64,000 bases of DNA from the NCBI RefSeq assembly GCF_009914755.1, contig NC_060928.1; one strand, written 5' to 3'. Both the position numbers and the translations under genes were made by a program. Shown in pieces: positions 28,900-50,884 of this stretch. The DNA is from the human T2T-CHM13v2.0 reference genome, Homo sapiens. The notes under the pieces are model-generated. The model searched no databases, was not told the origin of the DNA, and saw only the letters and a list, made by a program, of their open reading frames with translations. The stretch's first letter is position 1. Each line of letters opens with the position of its first letter.

Positions 28900-29090
28900 A
28901 GTGTAGTGATTAAGTACCCACATCTTGGAATCAGAAAGACCTGGTTTTGAATCCAAGATCTACCTCTTATTACTGTGTCCTTGAACAAGTTATATGACCT
29001 CTCTGAGTCAGCTTCCTTGCTTCTAAGTAGGCACATTATTGCAGGTCTTAGCAGGTTATTGTACAGTGACAGATATAAAATGATGCCTCT
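28900..29090 (+). mobile_element. MIR
   Basis: ggaatcagaaagacctggttttgaatcc; tgtgtccttgaacaagtta. Confidence 0.75.
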
Positions 29091-29269
29091 AAAAACTAGA
29101 AGTCCCAAATCCCTTGGGCCTGTAATGCTGCCTTATATCCTCTTTTGCTGTGGTCAGCTTGCTCTCCTGTTCTCCACAGCCACTGTTTCATACCTTTTCA
29201 CATTCCTAAAATCTGTGCCCACATCCCATCTCCAATGCTACTGAGGAAAAACAAAAAGCACTCTAAGTT

Positions 29270-29402
29270 GGGTGACCATACAATTTCTCATCTAGACTGA
29301 GACAGCTTTGAGAGTCAAAGGGGATGCTCTTATAACTTTATACCGAGACAATGAGTATTGACTAGGATTGTTCCAGACAAGCTAGGACACATAGTTACTT
29401 TA
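29270..29402 (-). mobile_element. MER94-like hAT-Blackjack MITE
   Basis: gggtgaccata terminus and ttgagagtcaaagggg match the reverse of MER94 as recalled. Confidence 0.7.
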
Positions 29403-30344
29403 GTCATTACAAACTTCCCTCAATTTCCAATCACCATGCAAAAATAATCCTACCTATATCTGTGCTCATCCTTTCCTCCTCATCTCTTATTAGTGTGAAA
29501 AAGGCGTGGTCACCCCTCTGTCACCAAAAATCCCTCTGCTTATACTCTGGACCCATCTCTTCTCACCTTCCCAACTTTTCAGCTTTGCTCTATTATTCCC
29601 TCTCTCCTGCCTCTCCAACATCTTTTCAACCTTCCTTCTCTCTCTTTCTCATTGTCTTTCTCCTGGCTCCTTTCCATCAGAGCTATTCCCTACTTACAGC
29701 CTATTCTTCCCTAGAGCTTCCAGAATGGAAGGTAGTCCTGCTCACAACTTGATTTTAGCCAGTGAGGCCTGTGTCAGGCCCCTGAGCTACATAAAGATAA
29801 GAGAATACATTGTGTGGTTTTAAGCCTTTCAGTTTGTGATAATTTGTTAGAGCAGCAATGGTAAACTAATATACCTACCATCTGCCACATTGTGCTATTC
29901 ATTTTTTTGATGTCTCATCTTTCTCTTTGTACCTTTTCTGTTCTTTAGTGATGTTCCCCACAGGGGGCGTAGATAAGTCTGAGTGGGTTAGAGATTAAGT
30001 TATAGTGGTACACCTGAAACTTTTAGCCTATTGAATATAAGCTAGCACACTTTTCTTGACCCTGGCTTTCCTCTACCCATGCCCTTAAACTCATAACAGA
30101 CATCTTCAACAAGACCACAAATTTGTAAACATAGTGTAATGGTGTGAACTGAGGAGAAATAACCAAGCAGGCTTATAGCAAAAGTTGGTATTTTTATTCA
30201 TTAGGAAATTTTTCTGGAGTCAAAAATTTAAATTTAGTTAAAATTTTACTATCTCATTGTCATCCCTTTAAAAGGCTTATGCGATCTTTTGCTACTTATT
30301 GTCTATAGCGATGAACATGAATCGGAGGATGAGTTGGGTTTTTA

Positions 30345-32970
30345 ACAATTTTATTTTTAAAATAAGCATGTAGTAAAATTGACTTTTTTGGTGTACATGC
30401 CTATGAATTTTAACCCTATATGTTTGCTTTTAAAAGTTGTATAATTTTACATTTAGGTGTATGATCCATTTTGTGTTAATTAACACATAAGGTATGAGAT
30501 TTAGGTAATGATTTTTTTTTTTTGGCTTATAGATATGGAATTGTTCCAATGCCATTTGCTTAACAACTATTTTCCCCCATTGACTTGTCTTTACATCTTT
30601 GTTAGAAATCAACTGGTCATATTTGTGTGGGTCTATTTTTGGACTTTTCATTTTTTTCCCTTGATTGATGTGTCTGTCTCTTTGCCAATGACACACTGTC
30701 TTGATGACTGTCACTTTATAAGAAGTTTTAAAAACAGGCAATGTGAGTCCTGCAACTTTATTCTCCTTTAAAATTGTTTGGGTGATTCTAATTCCTTTGC
30801 TTTTCTACGTAAATTATAGGATCAGATTGTTTGTATCAACAAAATATCTTGTGGGATTTTGATTGAAATAGCATTGTATGAGTAGATCAATTTGAGAGAA
30901 GTGACATCTTTAGTACGTTGAGTTTTCCCATCAATGAACATAGTATATCTCTCAATTTTCAAGTCTTACTTGCTTTCTTTCAGCAGCATTTGTAATTTTT
31001 ACCCTGTAGAACCTGTACATCTTTTGTTAAACTCACACATAACTTTTTTAAGTTAATGTAAATGGTATTTTTAAAAAGTTGCTTTTCAATTGCTCATCAC
31101 TAGTATATAGAAATATGATTGATATTTGTACATTGACCTTGTATACTGCAACTTTGTTAAACACACAGTTCTGGGAGGTTTTATTTTCTACATAGACAAT
31201 CATATCATCTGCAAATAGGAAATGTTTTATTTCTTTCTTTCAAATCTGTATGCATTTTATTCCTTTTTTGCACCCTATTGCACTGACTATGACTTCCAGT
31301 ACAGTGTTGCATAGGAGTGGTAAGAGTTGTACCCTTGCCTTGTTCTCATTATGAGGAGGAAAGCATTCAGCCCTTCACAATTAAATATGATGTTAGTAGT
31401 ATTACATTGAGAAAGTTTCCTCCTATTTTTAGTTTTCTGAGATTTTTGGATCATGAATTGAATTGAATTTGTCAAATGCTTTTTTCTGCATTAATTGATT
31501 GAATTTTTGGTCTTTCTTCTGTAGAGTTTTTAGTTTTTCTTACATGTGGTGAACTGTTAGATTGGTGCAAAAGTAATCGCCTTTTTTGCCATTACTTTTA
31601 ATGGCAAAATTTGCACCAACCTAATACATTGACTGATATTTAAATTTGCCTTTGCACTCCTAGAATAAACTCCACTTGGTCATGGTATATATATATATAT
31701 ACACACACACATATATATATACACACATATATATATATACTCAATTTGCTAATATTTTGTTGAAGATTTTTGTATCTATGTTCATGAGCAATATTGGCTT
31801 GTAGTTTTATTCTATTATCCTTGTCTGGTTTTGGTATTAGAGTAAGGCTGGCCTCAGAAAGTAAGGTGGAAAATTTTGGAAAAGATTGTGTGGAATATGT
31901 GCAATTTTTTTCTTTTAATGTGGGGTAGAATTCACCAGTGAAACCATCTGGGGCTGGAAATTTCTGTTTGGAATGTTTCAAACTACAAAATTAATTCCCT
32001 TAATACTTATGAGACTCTTCCCATTTTCTATTTCATCTTGAATGAGTTTAAGTAGTTGTGGATTTCAAGCAATTGGTCTATTTCATCTGTATTTTAAAAT
32101 GTATGTGCATAGAGTACTTCGTAGTATTTCCTAATTTTTCTTTTAATACCTCCATGGTCTGTTATGATATCTCTTCTTTTGTTTCTATTTTCAAAGTCTT
32201 TGCAGTGTTATTTGGACCAGACCTATGTGTATAACTATTCGGTGGCCAGTCTAAGACCTGGGCGATGATTTAACTTTTAGTTTAGTTTTCAGAGTCTTTG
32301 GTATGCTGATTAGGGCAGATCCATGCATGTATAGTTTGGAGATCAGCCTAGGAGTTCAGAACCAACTTTACTGGGTTGCTTTTCTCGGGTTCTCTCCATG
32401 ATATCTCCATTACTTTCCAGTTCCCTGAAGCTCCCCTTTTCAGTCTTGCTTCCAGAAAGCTGGACTTTTATTTAATCTGTTCTGCCTGGCACTTCTGATG
32501 ATTGTACCAGTGCTGTGGCTAAGTAGTAGAATGATAGAGAAGGAAGAAAACAATGGGGCTCACCCCACCCTCTTAGGTTTTGGGATCTGAGCTCCCCCAC
32601 GTGGAGAGACAGTTTCTAATTCCTCAGAATTTTAGATACTTGCAGCATCCCCTGCCAAGTGACCCCTTGCCCACTTCTCAAGTCTAAACTATGGGGCTTC
32701 CCCTAGAGCTCTTTCTGTTTTCAGTGATGCCTACTTCTGGTTTTTAGGCTGGTTAGAGTTTAGGCCAGAGGACATCAGTGGAAAACATGGTACACACACG
32801 AGTGTTTAGGGTACTTTAAATTTGGTCTTCATCAGTCATCTGCCTGCTGCTGTTTACTTTTCAGAGTCTTCAAATGTCTACTTCGTGCATTCTGTATAGG
32901 TCTTTGGTTACATTCAGTGGGAGAGACAAGGTAGAATGCGCTTTCCTCATCTTACTCCACACAGGAATTG
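30345..32970 (-). mobile_element. Old L1M LINE-1 (ORF2 remnants plus 5' region)
   Basis: ORFs 30430-30741 and 31640-31981 resemble L1 ORF2p (YKVTVIKTV, PAPDGFTGEFY). Confidence 0.85.
31557..31624. mobile_element. MADE1 (Hsmar1-derived MITE) with a deletion in the right arm
   Basis: ttagattggtgcaaaagtaat...ttgcaccaacctaa followed by TA. Confidence 0.9.
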
Positions 32971-35900
32971 AATAGAAAATTTTTTATTAGATTGCAAAGT
33001 GATGTGCTTTGAACTGAAGGACTTTTGTGATAAGTTTCATGGACAACACTGAATATCCTGGTGGAAAGGTGATGCCAAGGGGATTGATTTTTTGGAGATT
33101 AAAGTTAACTTCTTAGTAGCCTCTCCCAGGGCTGCCTTAGCTCCCAAACTCATCATCCCCTGCCCCTGCCCCTTTCTAGCGTGCTTGAAAATCTCATATT
33201 AAAGAGTTGAGCTATTATCAACTCAGTGACACAATTTGCCATAACCTTCAGTGGCACAGGGCTGCAAACTGAGTATCTGCAAACAGAATTCTACCTCCAT
33301 TGGCCCATTTTTCCAATCAGTTGTCTACTGATGGTTTAATCTGTCAACATTTGCTAATTTTATCATTATTTCATGTGACATCTGTAGTAAACTTAAAGGC
33401 CATTGCATATAAGGTTTATTGAATGAAGCATATAATTCTTATATTTTATAGTTTCACTTAAAGTTATTTTAAATTTTTTTCTTAGGCTGTTAGCTAACCA
33501 ATTTAGCATGTGTTGAAATGGCAAGAGTTTACTCCTGCCCTAAAGTACATAAAAAGATGATTACATGTAATTTGGTGGAATACTCCTTGCATTTATGTTA
33601 CCAGTTAATCCTCCTGTAAGCAGTTTAGTTGTTCACACACTGCAAAGTATGTGGATTAGGGCGAGGCAAAGACTGTGTGGGAATTTATAAAGATCAGGAA
33701 CACTAGTTGGCCTGGTTAAATCCAATTTTCTCTTCTTTATGACCAGCTTAGAATCAGAATATTGTCCCTGAAATGAACATTAGAGGCAATTGACCTAACT
33801 TATAAAAAAAGAAAAGCAAATATAGTTAAGTGACTTGCTTCAGATTATACAGCTAGCAGGTGACAACACTAGGCTTAGGGTGTAGATCTTCTGGCTTCCA
33901 GCCTATTAGACCATGTTTACAAAGCAATTCTATAAACTCATCATTAGCTGGAAGGGTGTTCAGGGTGTTAGGAGCCACCAACTGTAACAGGCACACAGGG
34001 AGTTTACATCCCTTTAAAGCCTGCACCCTGGTCTTACTTCCTATTTGGAGTGGTTAAACTTTCATATGCTCACATGCATGTTCAGCTTGAAGGTTAGGAG
34101 AGGGTTAAAGGTCAGAACCATGCACTTTGGTCATTTAGAAGCAGGACAATATCCAAGCTTTCACCTTGGTATATACTCAGTTGCATCTTCCACAACAGCA
34201 GTAACAAAGGCAAACATTCTTTGAGAGAATGTGTGTGGCAGGTACCAGACTGGTCACTGGTGATAGAAAGGGTAGCCCTGGTTTCGTTTCTGCCCTCAGT
34301 GAGCTCACAGTGTAGCTAGTGATAGTTGGTTTGTGTCTGCAGAATACTCCCTGAGCTAAAGAATATATAATTGGAGGTCAGCTTTTTTTATTTCCCTTTC
34401 CCCTTTCTCCAATTTTGTATTTATTCCTATTTCTAAATGTGGGATGTGTATTCAAGTACTACTTTAATTTTATTAGCCTTTTTTGAAGTCCTGAGGCATC
34501 TTTCAGTGAACAAGAACCAGGGGTGTAAGCAGACAGATTTCCTAACACTGACTCATTAACGGGGTAGCCACACTCTTTTCTGACAGCCTGCGGTCTCGGA
34601 GTGCTCCTGAAGTGTCTAGGTTCTTGTTTTCATCTCTGTTAGCATCTAAGGATAAAGGGTTTGGGGGTATTTCTAGACCCCACTCATTCCTGGTTCTGGT
34701 TTCTTATGATCTGCTCTGTCTTGAGTGTCTGGGCTGCATCCCCTGCTGCATTTGCCCTGGCTTGGGCCATATTCTCTGACTCACAGCTCCCTATCAGCAC
34801 TAATATTTTGATTGGGCTCACCCTGTTGCACAGAATAAAGTATCAGAAAGCACCTATACTGCTTCTGAAGAAATGCTAAACAATAAATTATTTAAGAAAA
34901 AGAAAATGGAGAAATATGTTGTGGTGTTTGGAAGAAAGGCGTGGGGCAAGTAAGGGAATGGTTCCTGGTAATAACTATAGTTAGTTTTTGCTCTGCTTTT
35001 TTACCTTAATTCTGCTAAGTTATCATATCAAATATTTTCAAAAGTGGTGATAGCTAATGAGGGCAGAGGAGCAGGGTGGAGCTTTGGAATTTTATTTACC
35101 TCAATGATTTGGTGCCTCTTGCCTCTGGCCTCCTTGGCATTTCAGGTCTTCAGGGATTTAAAACAATACTTAAGAGAACATGGCTACTGTGTTCAGATAA
35201 TATGTAGTAATATTTTTAATTGAAGCAATATAATTGATAGCTGTTGTAATTAAACAGAGCCAATTAAAGGAGGAACCAAATACTTTGGCTTCTGCAATCT
35301 AGGTTCGGTATCTTTAAGAGTTACTGGTCTGTGTAGATTTTTGCTAAGATTGGAAGCCCACTATGTTTACCTAGAGGCCTTCAGGCTGACTCTCCACTCT
35401 TTGAGGGGCATCTAAGTGAACACAGGCTGCAAATACAGCTCAGAGGGCTCTTAGATGGCCCTGTTGAGAAATTTTAGCAAAGATGGATTAAATCAAAAGA
35501 CCTAGGTTCCTTCTGGACTTACAGATCAAGGATCTGGAAATTTTTACAGCATCTTAGACTGGAGAGGATTCCATGAAGTGTTTCTGGGCCCATGGCTGTT
35601 CTGTGCAGTCTCTGAACCAGTCCATAGCCACTGGCTTATGTATACAATTATTAGGAGAGAGGAGTGGTGAATGATCTGAGGGCATCCAAATGGCAAGGGA
35701 CCAAATCATAATAATTTAAAAAAATACCCACTGCCCAAAATAGTTGCTAACATTTATTAACTGTGATCTTATTGTGTGAACATTTATTGTGTGATCTTAT
35801 TCAATCATTACAATACCCTTTAAGGGATGGACACTATTATTTCCCCCAATTTTTAGATAAGGAAACTAAAAAATATTAATTACTTGATGTCTCATAGACA

Positions 35901-36221
35901 GAAAATGGAATTTTTCTTTTTGAATGGCTCAAAGTAAAAAGGAGGACATTACTGTTTAAATGTCTTGTTTTTTATTATGGTAACAATATGCAAAAAGTTT
36001 TAGATCTGCAAGACTCCCTTTGATTTTATGGTGGGAAATCAAAAACCCTGCAATACTCATTTTCCCAAGATCATGCAAGTAGTAAATGACAGAGCTGAGA
36101 ATAAAACTCATGATTTTTGACAAACAAGGCAAAGAAGTCCTTTTCACTAACTTCTTGATGGCAGAATTTAGAAGGTTATGGAAGTGGTTGGAAGCCTGCC
36201 ATTATACAGTAACCAGAAATT

Positions 36222-36239
36222 TGCTACCACCTAGTGGGT
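36222..36239 (-). promoter_or_regulatory. CTCF-like motif
   Basis: Minus strand CCACTAGGTGGTAG; one mismatch to CCASYAGRKGGCRS. Confidence 0.4.
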
Positions 36240-36770
36240 CAATTGAGTAATTTACATTTTCAAAAGCAGTTTCAGATATTGCATATTGAGCAGCATAAAC
36301 ATACACACACACAAAGAAGGAGAATACAAAGAATATGGGGTGAATAGGGATTGTGAAGATTCTCTAGTCTATTGCCAACATTTTGCAGATGGGAGCGTTT
36401 GAGTGTGAAGAATTGACAGGCTTCTCCAAGGTCACACAATAAATATAATGGAGGCAAAACTGGGAGTAAAACTCCAGTCTCTTTGGTTTTGGTTCAGTGT
36501 TCTTTTCCTCTGGTACTCTATAAATAGGAAAGAAAAGGTTCTTTCAGTTAATGGAATCCAAAATCAAAGTATTTGCCTGAAGTATTTTGAGGCTTTCAGC
36601 ACACATATATCATTCAACTTTCTATTTTGGCAGTCAAGTCTTGGTTATATTAGTGGAAAGGAAAATGTTTGTATGTAATAGGGACATATATCTGTATATC
36701 CATATTTATATACATTTATGTTTATATACCTGTACTTATAATTATACCTATACTTATATACCTACACTCA

Positions 36771-36909
36771 GAGTGCTCCTAAAGTTGCTAGGTTCTTGTT
36801 TACATTCCTGTTAGCATCTAAGCATAAAAGATATAGGATGTTTCTTGATGCTGTATCCTTAGATACTAACAGGGATGAAAACAAGAACCTAGCAACTTTA
36901 GGAGCACTC
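36771..36909. other. 56-bp stem, 27-nt loop hairpin
   Basis: 36771-36826 vs reverse complement of 36854-36909: 52/56 identical, outer 31 bp perfect. Confidence 0.95.
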
Positions 36910-37865
36910 CAAGACCTGAGGCTGCCAGGGGTGTTGAGGAAACCAGAAAAGAGTATAGCTATCCCCTTATTGAGTCAATATTAGGAAATACGTCTGCTAA
37001 TATTGCTCATTCTTATTCACTGAAAGATGCCTCATAACCTCCAAAAAGGCCTATAAGATAAAAGTAATTCTTAATCTATTTATCTTAGGCTAATACTAGA
37101 ATAAATTTCCATTTCTTGGGCACGTAATAACTTGTGATATACTGGAAGTAGGCTGGATGGCAGTAGAATGCTGTTCAGTATTTTTTTAAAAAATAGTTAA
37201 TAAAACATGAATAGACTGTAAATAATCGAGTATATATTGTATAAAGTATGCTTCATGCCATTATTGTCATAGTGGTAAAGGAGTTTTATAACAAATTTTA
37301 AAGAAGCTGATTTCAAAAACATTTTTATTTCTATTTTTGATAAATTTATTTTGCATATGAAATAGCACATAAGATCTACCATAATACACTTTTAAATATT
37401 CTTAAGAACTGGTTTGTTGTATCTATACATGAAATGGACCATTACTTAAAATGGTGGGTCCTTCTTTGTCACATTTGTTAGATTCTTTCTTAAAACAATC
37501 TATCTTGGGAAGTAAGAACTGTTTGACTGTGTTCTTTTGAAAGACAGCAGGGGAACTAGGGCAGAGACAAACATGGGCTCCTCTCAGGAAAAAGCAGTCC
37601 TTTTTTTTCTTGGATGATTTCTAAAATGTCCCATATGGAGATTTTAGAGAATTTCTTGGTTTTTCACCCCTTTTTTACATGCTCTAGGTATGCTCCTCCA
37701 AGACACTCTCATAGGTGGAAGCCACCATCAAGCATCTTGCCATCTTCACTGTACTCATTTGTCATCATCTTCAATTTTGCAGGATTGTAAACACAGTGAA
37801 AAATTTCAATATACATTCAGTAATTTTAAAATGACAATGAGAGAAAGAAAGAAAGATAGAAAGAA

Positions 37866-37893
37866 GGAAGGAAGGAAGGAAGGAAGGAAGGAA
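37866..37893 (+). repeat. (GGAA)7 microsatellite
   Basis: Read directly. Confidence 0.95.
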
Positions 37894-38310
37894 GGCAGGC
37901 AAGCATTAAAACTTTTAAACCCAAACAAAAATACACAAAAGGAATCTGGCTGCTTGTTTGGATACATAGGTAGAAAAATGTCTTTCTGACCGAAGCAAGA
38001 ACAATTTCCTCCATTACAACTTTGGCCATCATTTAGATAAGCTGCTTTTCTTTAACCACTATGCCTAATAGGCAGAGATAGGGCAGGATCTAGTTGAGAT
38101 CCACCACCATCATTTAACTTGTAGCCAATCACTTAATCTCTGTATGTGTTAGTTTCCTAATATAAAACTGGTGTAATTATTATAGCTATCTTACAGTTTT
38201 TTTTGGTGTGTGTGAATATGACATACTGCAGTTAAAGTGTTTAGAACAATGTTTGGCACATAGTAAACAATTTTAAGCTATTAGAATAACTAAGAATGGG
38301 TTGCAGTTAG

Positions 38311-38880
38311 TTTTTTTTCTTTTAATTTTAAAAAAATTTTTGCATACATAGTAGTTGTATATGTTTATGGTATATATGAAATGTTTTGTTACAGTCATGC
38401 AATGTGAAATCATCACATCATGAAGAATGGAGTATCCATCCCTTCAAGCATTTCTCCTTTGTGTTACAAACAATCTAATTACACACTTAGTTATTTTGAA
38501 ATGTACAATTAAGTTAGTATTGACTATTATTGACTATTATAGTCTCCCTGCTGTGCTATCAAATAGCAGGTCTTATTCACTCTTTCTACTTTTTGTACCC
38601 ATTAACCATTCCCAGCCCCCCGCCAACCCCTCACTACCATTCCCAGCCTCTGGTAAACCATTCTTCTATTTTCTATATCCGTAAGTTCGAGTGTTTTGAT
38701 TTTTTAGACCCCACAAATAAGTGAAAACATGCAGTGTTTGTCTTTTTGTGTCTGGCTTACTTCATTTAACAAAAGGATCTCCAGTTCTATCCATGTTGTT
38801 GCAAATGACAAGATATCATCCTTTTTTATGGCTGAATACCACATGAATACCCTGTGTGTATATGTACCACATTTTCTTTT
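38311..38880 (-). mobile_element. L1MA-type 3' UTR
   Basis: aatggagtatccatccc; ctgtgctatcaaata; cccagcctctggtaaacca. Confidence 0.8.
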
Positions 38881-45465
<6,585 letters not shown>

Positions 45466-45690
45466 ATATCTATTAGATTCATTTGGTATATAGTGCAGAT
45501 TAAGTTCAATGTTTCTTCGATCTGTATGGAAGATCTGACTTTTATTGTATTGAGGCCTATTTCACTCTTTAGCTCTAAAATTACTTGCTTCATATATCTG
45601 GGTACTCCAGTGTTTGGTGCATATATATGTAAAATTGTTATATCGTCTTGCTAAATTGACCACTTTATCATTTTATAGTGACTTTCTTTG
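45466..45690 (-). mobile_element. Older L1 ORF2 endonuclease-region fragment
   Basis: atatctgggtactccagtgtttggtgcatatata; ctaaattgaccactttatcatt. Confidence 0.75.
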
Positions 45691-46959
45691 TTAGTTGGAT
45701 TGTGAAGCTATCTAAGTCTAGGCTTAGCTCTGTGGTACCATCAATCAGATAACATCCGTCTTGAACCAGCCTTCATTCTGACCATTTGGAACTAATTCTG
45801 TTCCTTAGAGAGTAGTCCTTTAATGTCTTGGAAAGAGCAGGATTTCCCCCAAAAGTGTCAAATGTGCCTCTGCTCTGTCCTATGTGGGGGCTATGGTATA
45901 ATAGCAGGACTAAAATTAGTCTAATGTGAGTGGAGCTATTATCCCTTTTCCTCCTCAGAAATGGCTAGAATTGGTTGACATCCCAAGAGTAAATAATGAA
46001 TTAGGCTACTTTTCAACAGCAAAAAGATAATGCTAAGTCCAGGTCTTGTCCTTGGCTTTCTGGTCCCTGGACAGTTGACCATAGTCAAAACTGGTCTCTG
46101 AGAGTGATGCCTTGTGACAGGTTGTACCTGTGCCAAGGAGTCATGGGCATTGGAACCCTGGAGGGTATACACTGGAGATTCCTTGGGGCCACATAAGATC
46201 CTCTTCAGCTTGCTCAACTGTTATCCCAGACCATGGGAGTCCTTGGAATAAGCCATGGGAAGTGTAGACCTAAGGTTCCTCATATAGGAGTGAAGTCATA
46301 AAGTCCCAGCATAGCATTTTGAGGTTTCAGAGCCCATTTCTATATCTGAGTTAGAATATTTTATTTTTGTTGGATCAAGTGCAGGAGGTTAGTTTAATTA
46401 CATTTATAATATTCTTCAGTTTATGTATGTTATAATCTTTGGTCCATATAAGGCTCTTCTCTTGTTTAATTTATTCCCATTCCTCATTCTCCACTTTCCT
46501 CTACCTGTAAGTAACCATACTATGTGTTCTTATGTATAATTTCATTGTATGTGTTCTTGTTAAATATTAATTTTGTTTTGCATGTATGTACTTTTAATAT
46601 ATGTACATGGTACTGTGTAACAAATCATTGTATTTCTTGTATTTTGGTCAGCACTGTGATTTTAAGATTGAGCCATGTTGCTTTATATTCATTAGCTGTT
46701 TTTTTTTTTTTTTTTTTTTGAGATGTATGTATGTAATCAACTAAGGGCCTCTAGATTCCTCTCCAGAGCACATACATACTTCAGGTTGCACTCTAGCCAG
46801 TAGTGAGCAAGGGTTCCTTTATCTCCATATCTTCACCAACACTTGGCATTTCCCAGATTTCCATGTTTATTCAGTCTCACAGAGGTAAAGTGGTAACTTA
46901 TTATTGTTTCAATTAGCATTTCTCTGATCATTAGTGAGTTTATCTCTTTATATGATAAT

Positions 46960-47307
46960 AAGCCTTTAGGTTTTGCTATAACAAAATACCATAAATCAGG
47001 TAGCTTATGAAAAAAAGAAATTTATTTCTCACAGCTCTAGAGGTTAATAAGTCCAGGATCGAGGTGCTGGCAGATTCACTGTCAGGTGAGGGCTCACTTC
47101 CTGGTTCATAGATGGTGTCTTCATGGTTTGTCCTCACATGGCAGGAGAGACAAGGTGGCTCTTTGGGGCTTCTTTTATAAGGGCACTAATCCCATTCATG
47201 AGAGCTCTGTCCTCATGACCTAATCACTTTCCAAAGGCCCCACCTCCTAATATCACATTGGTTTTAACATGAAATTTGAGAGGATACAAACATTCAGACC
47301 ATAGCAG
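46960..47307 (-). mobile_element. MLT1A-like LTR
   Basis: ctataacaaaatacc; gcactaatcccattcatgag; aaacattcagaccatagca. Confidence 0.85.
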
Positions 47308-47329
47308 ATTTCCTCATCTATGAATTGCA

Positions 47330-50185
<2,856 letters not shown>

Positions 50186-50422
50186 AAGCAAAGGCAGATT
50201 GTAGAAGGTTTTCTTCAGCTTTCGTTGCCCCAGGACGAATCTACTATAATTCAATCTCCTTCCCTCACAATGTTCCCAAGTTCAAGGCGGCCTTTGAGGA
50301 ATGCTTCAGCCTTCAGACATCTCAAAGGTTCTCATAATTATTGTTGTTATGGCTATTAGTTTCTTAAGTTATTGCTGGTTTCCTCTCATACTTACAGTTG
50401 TCACCATCCTGAAACACTGGGG

Positions 50423-50748
50423 CATATGGTTTGGCTGTGTCCCCACCCAAATCTCACCTTGAATTGTAATAATCCTCATGTGTTGTGGGGGAGGTTTCCC
50501 CCATACTGTTCTCATGGTAGTGAATAAGTCTAATGAGATCTGATGATTTTATAAATAGGAGTTGTCTCTGTACAAACTCTTTTGCCTGCCACCATGTAAG
50601 ATGTGACTTTGCTCTTCCTTCACCTTCTGCCGTGATTGTGAGGCCTCCCCAGCCATGTGGAACTGTGAGTCCATTAAATCTGTTTCCTTTATAAATTACC
50701 CAGTCTTAGTAATATCTTTTATTAGCAGCATGAGAATAAACTAATACA
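50423..50748 (+). mobile_element. THE1B/C solo LTR
   Basis: atatggtttggctgtgtccccacccaaatctc ... ctaataca; has an internal deletion. Confidence 0.9.
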
Positions 50749-50884
50749 CCTGGGTACAATTTGTTGTTAAACCTGTTTGGTTAAGGCTGTATATTGCTGT
50801 TGTGTAGAAGGAGAAAGAGAAGTAAGAGAAGTCACTTACTTGATCCATTTCAGTACCTGTAAAATAAATACCTGACACTGAAAC

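Larger units (their letters stand above)
34454..37066. repeat. ~200-bp inverted repeat pair (34454-34654 and 36854-37066) with an extra partial copy at 36767-36829
   Basis: Manual alignment about 80% identical with an ~18-nt indel. Confidence 0.9.

Noticed and set aside
35404-35462. Short hairpin aggggcatctaag / cttagatggccct
   Set aside because: About 13/15 bp; expected by chance in 64 kb
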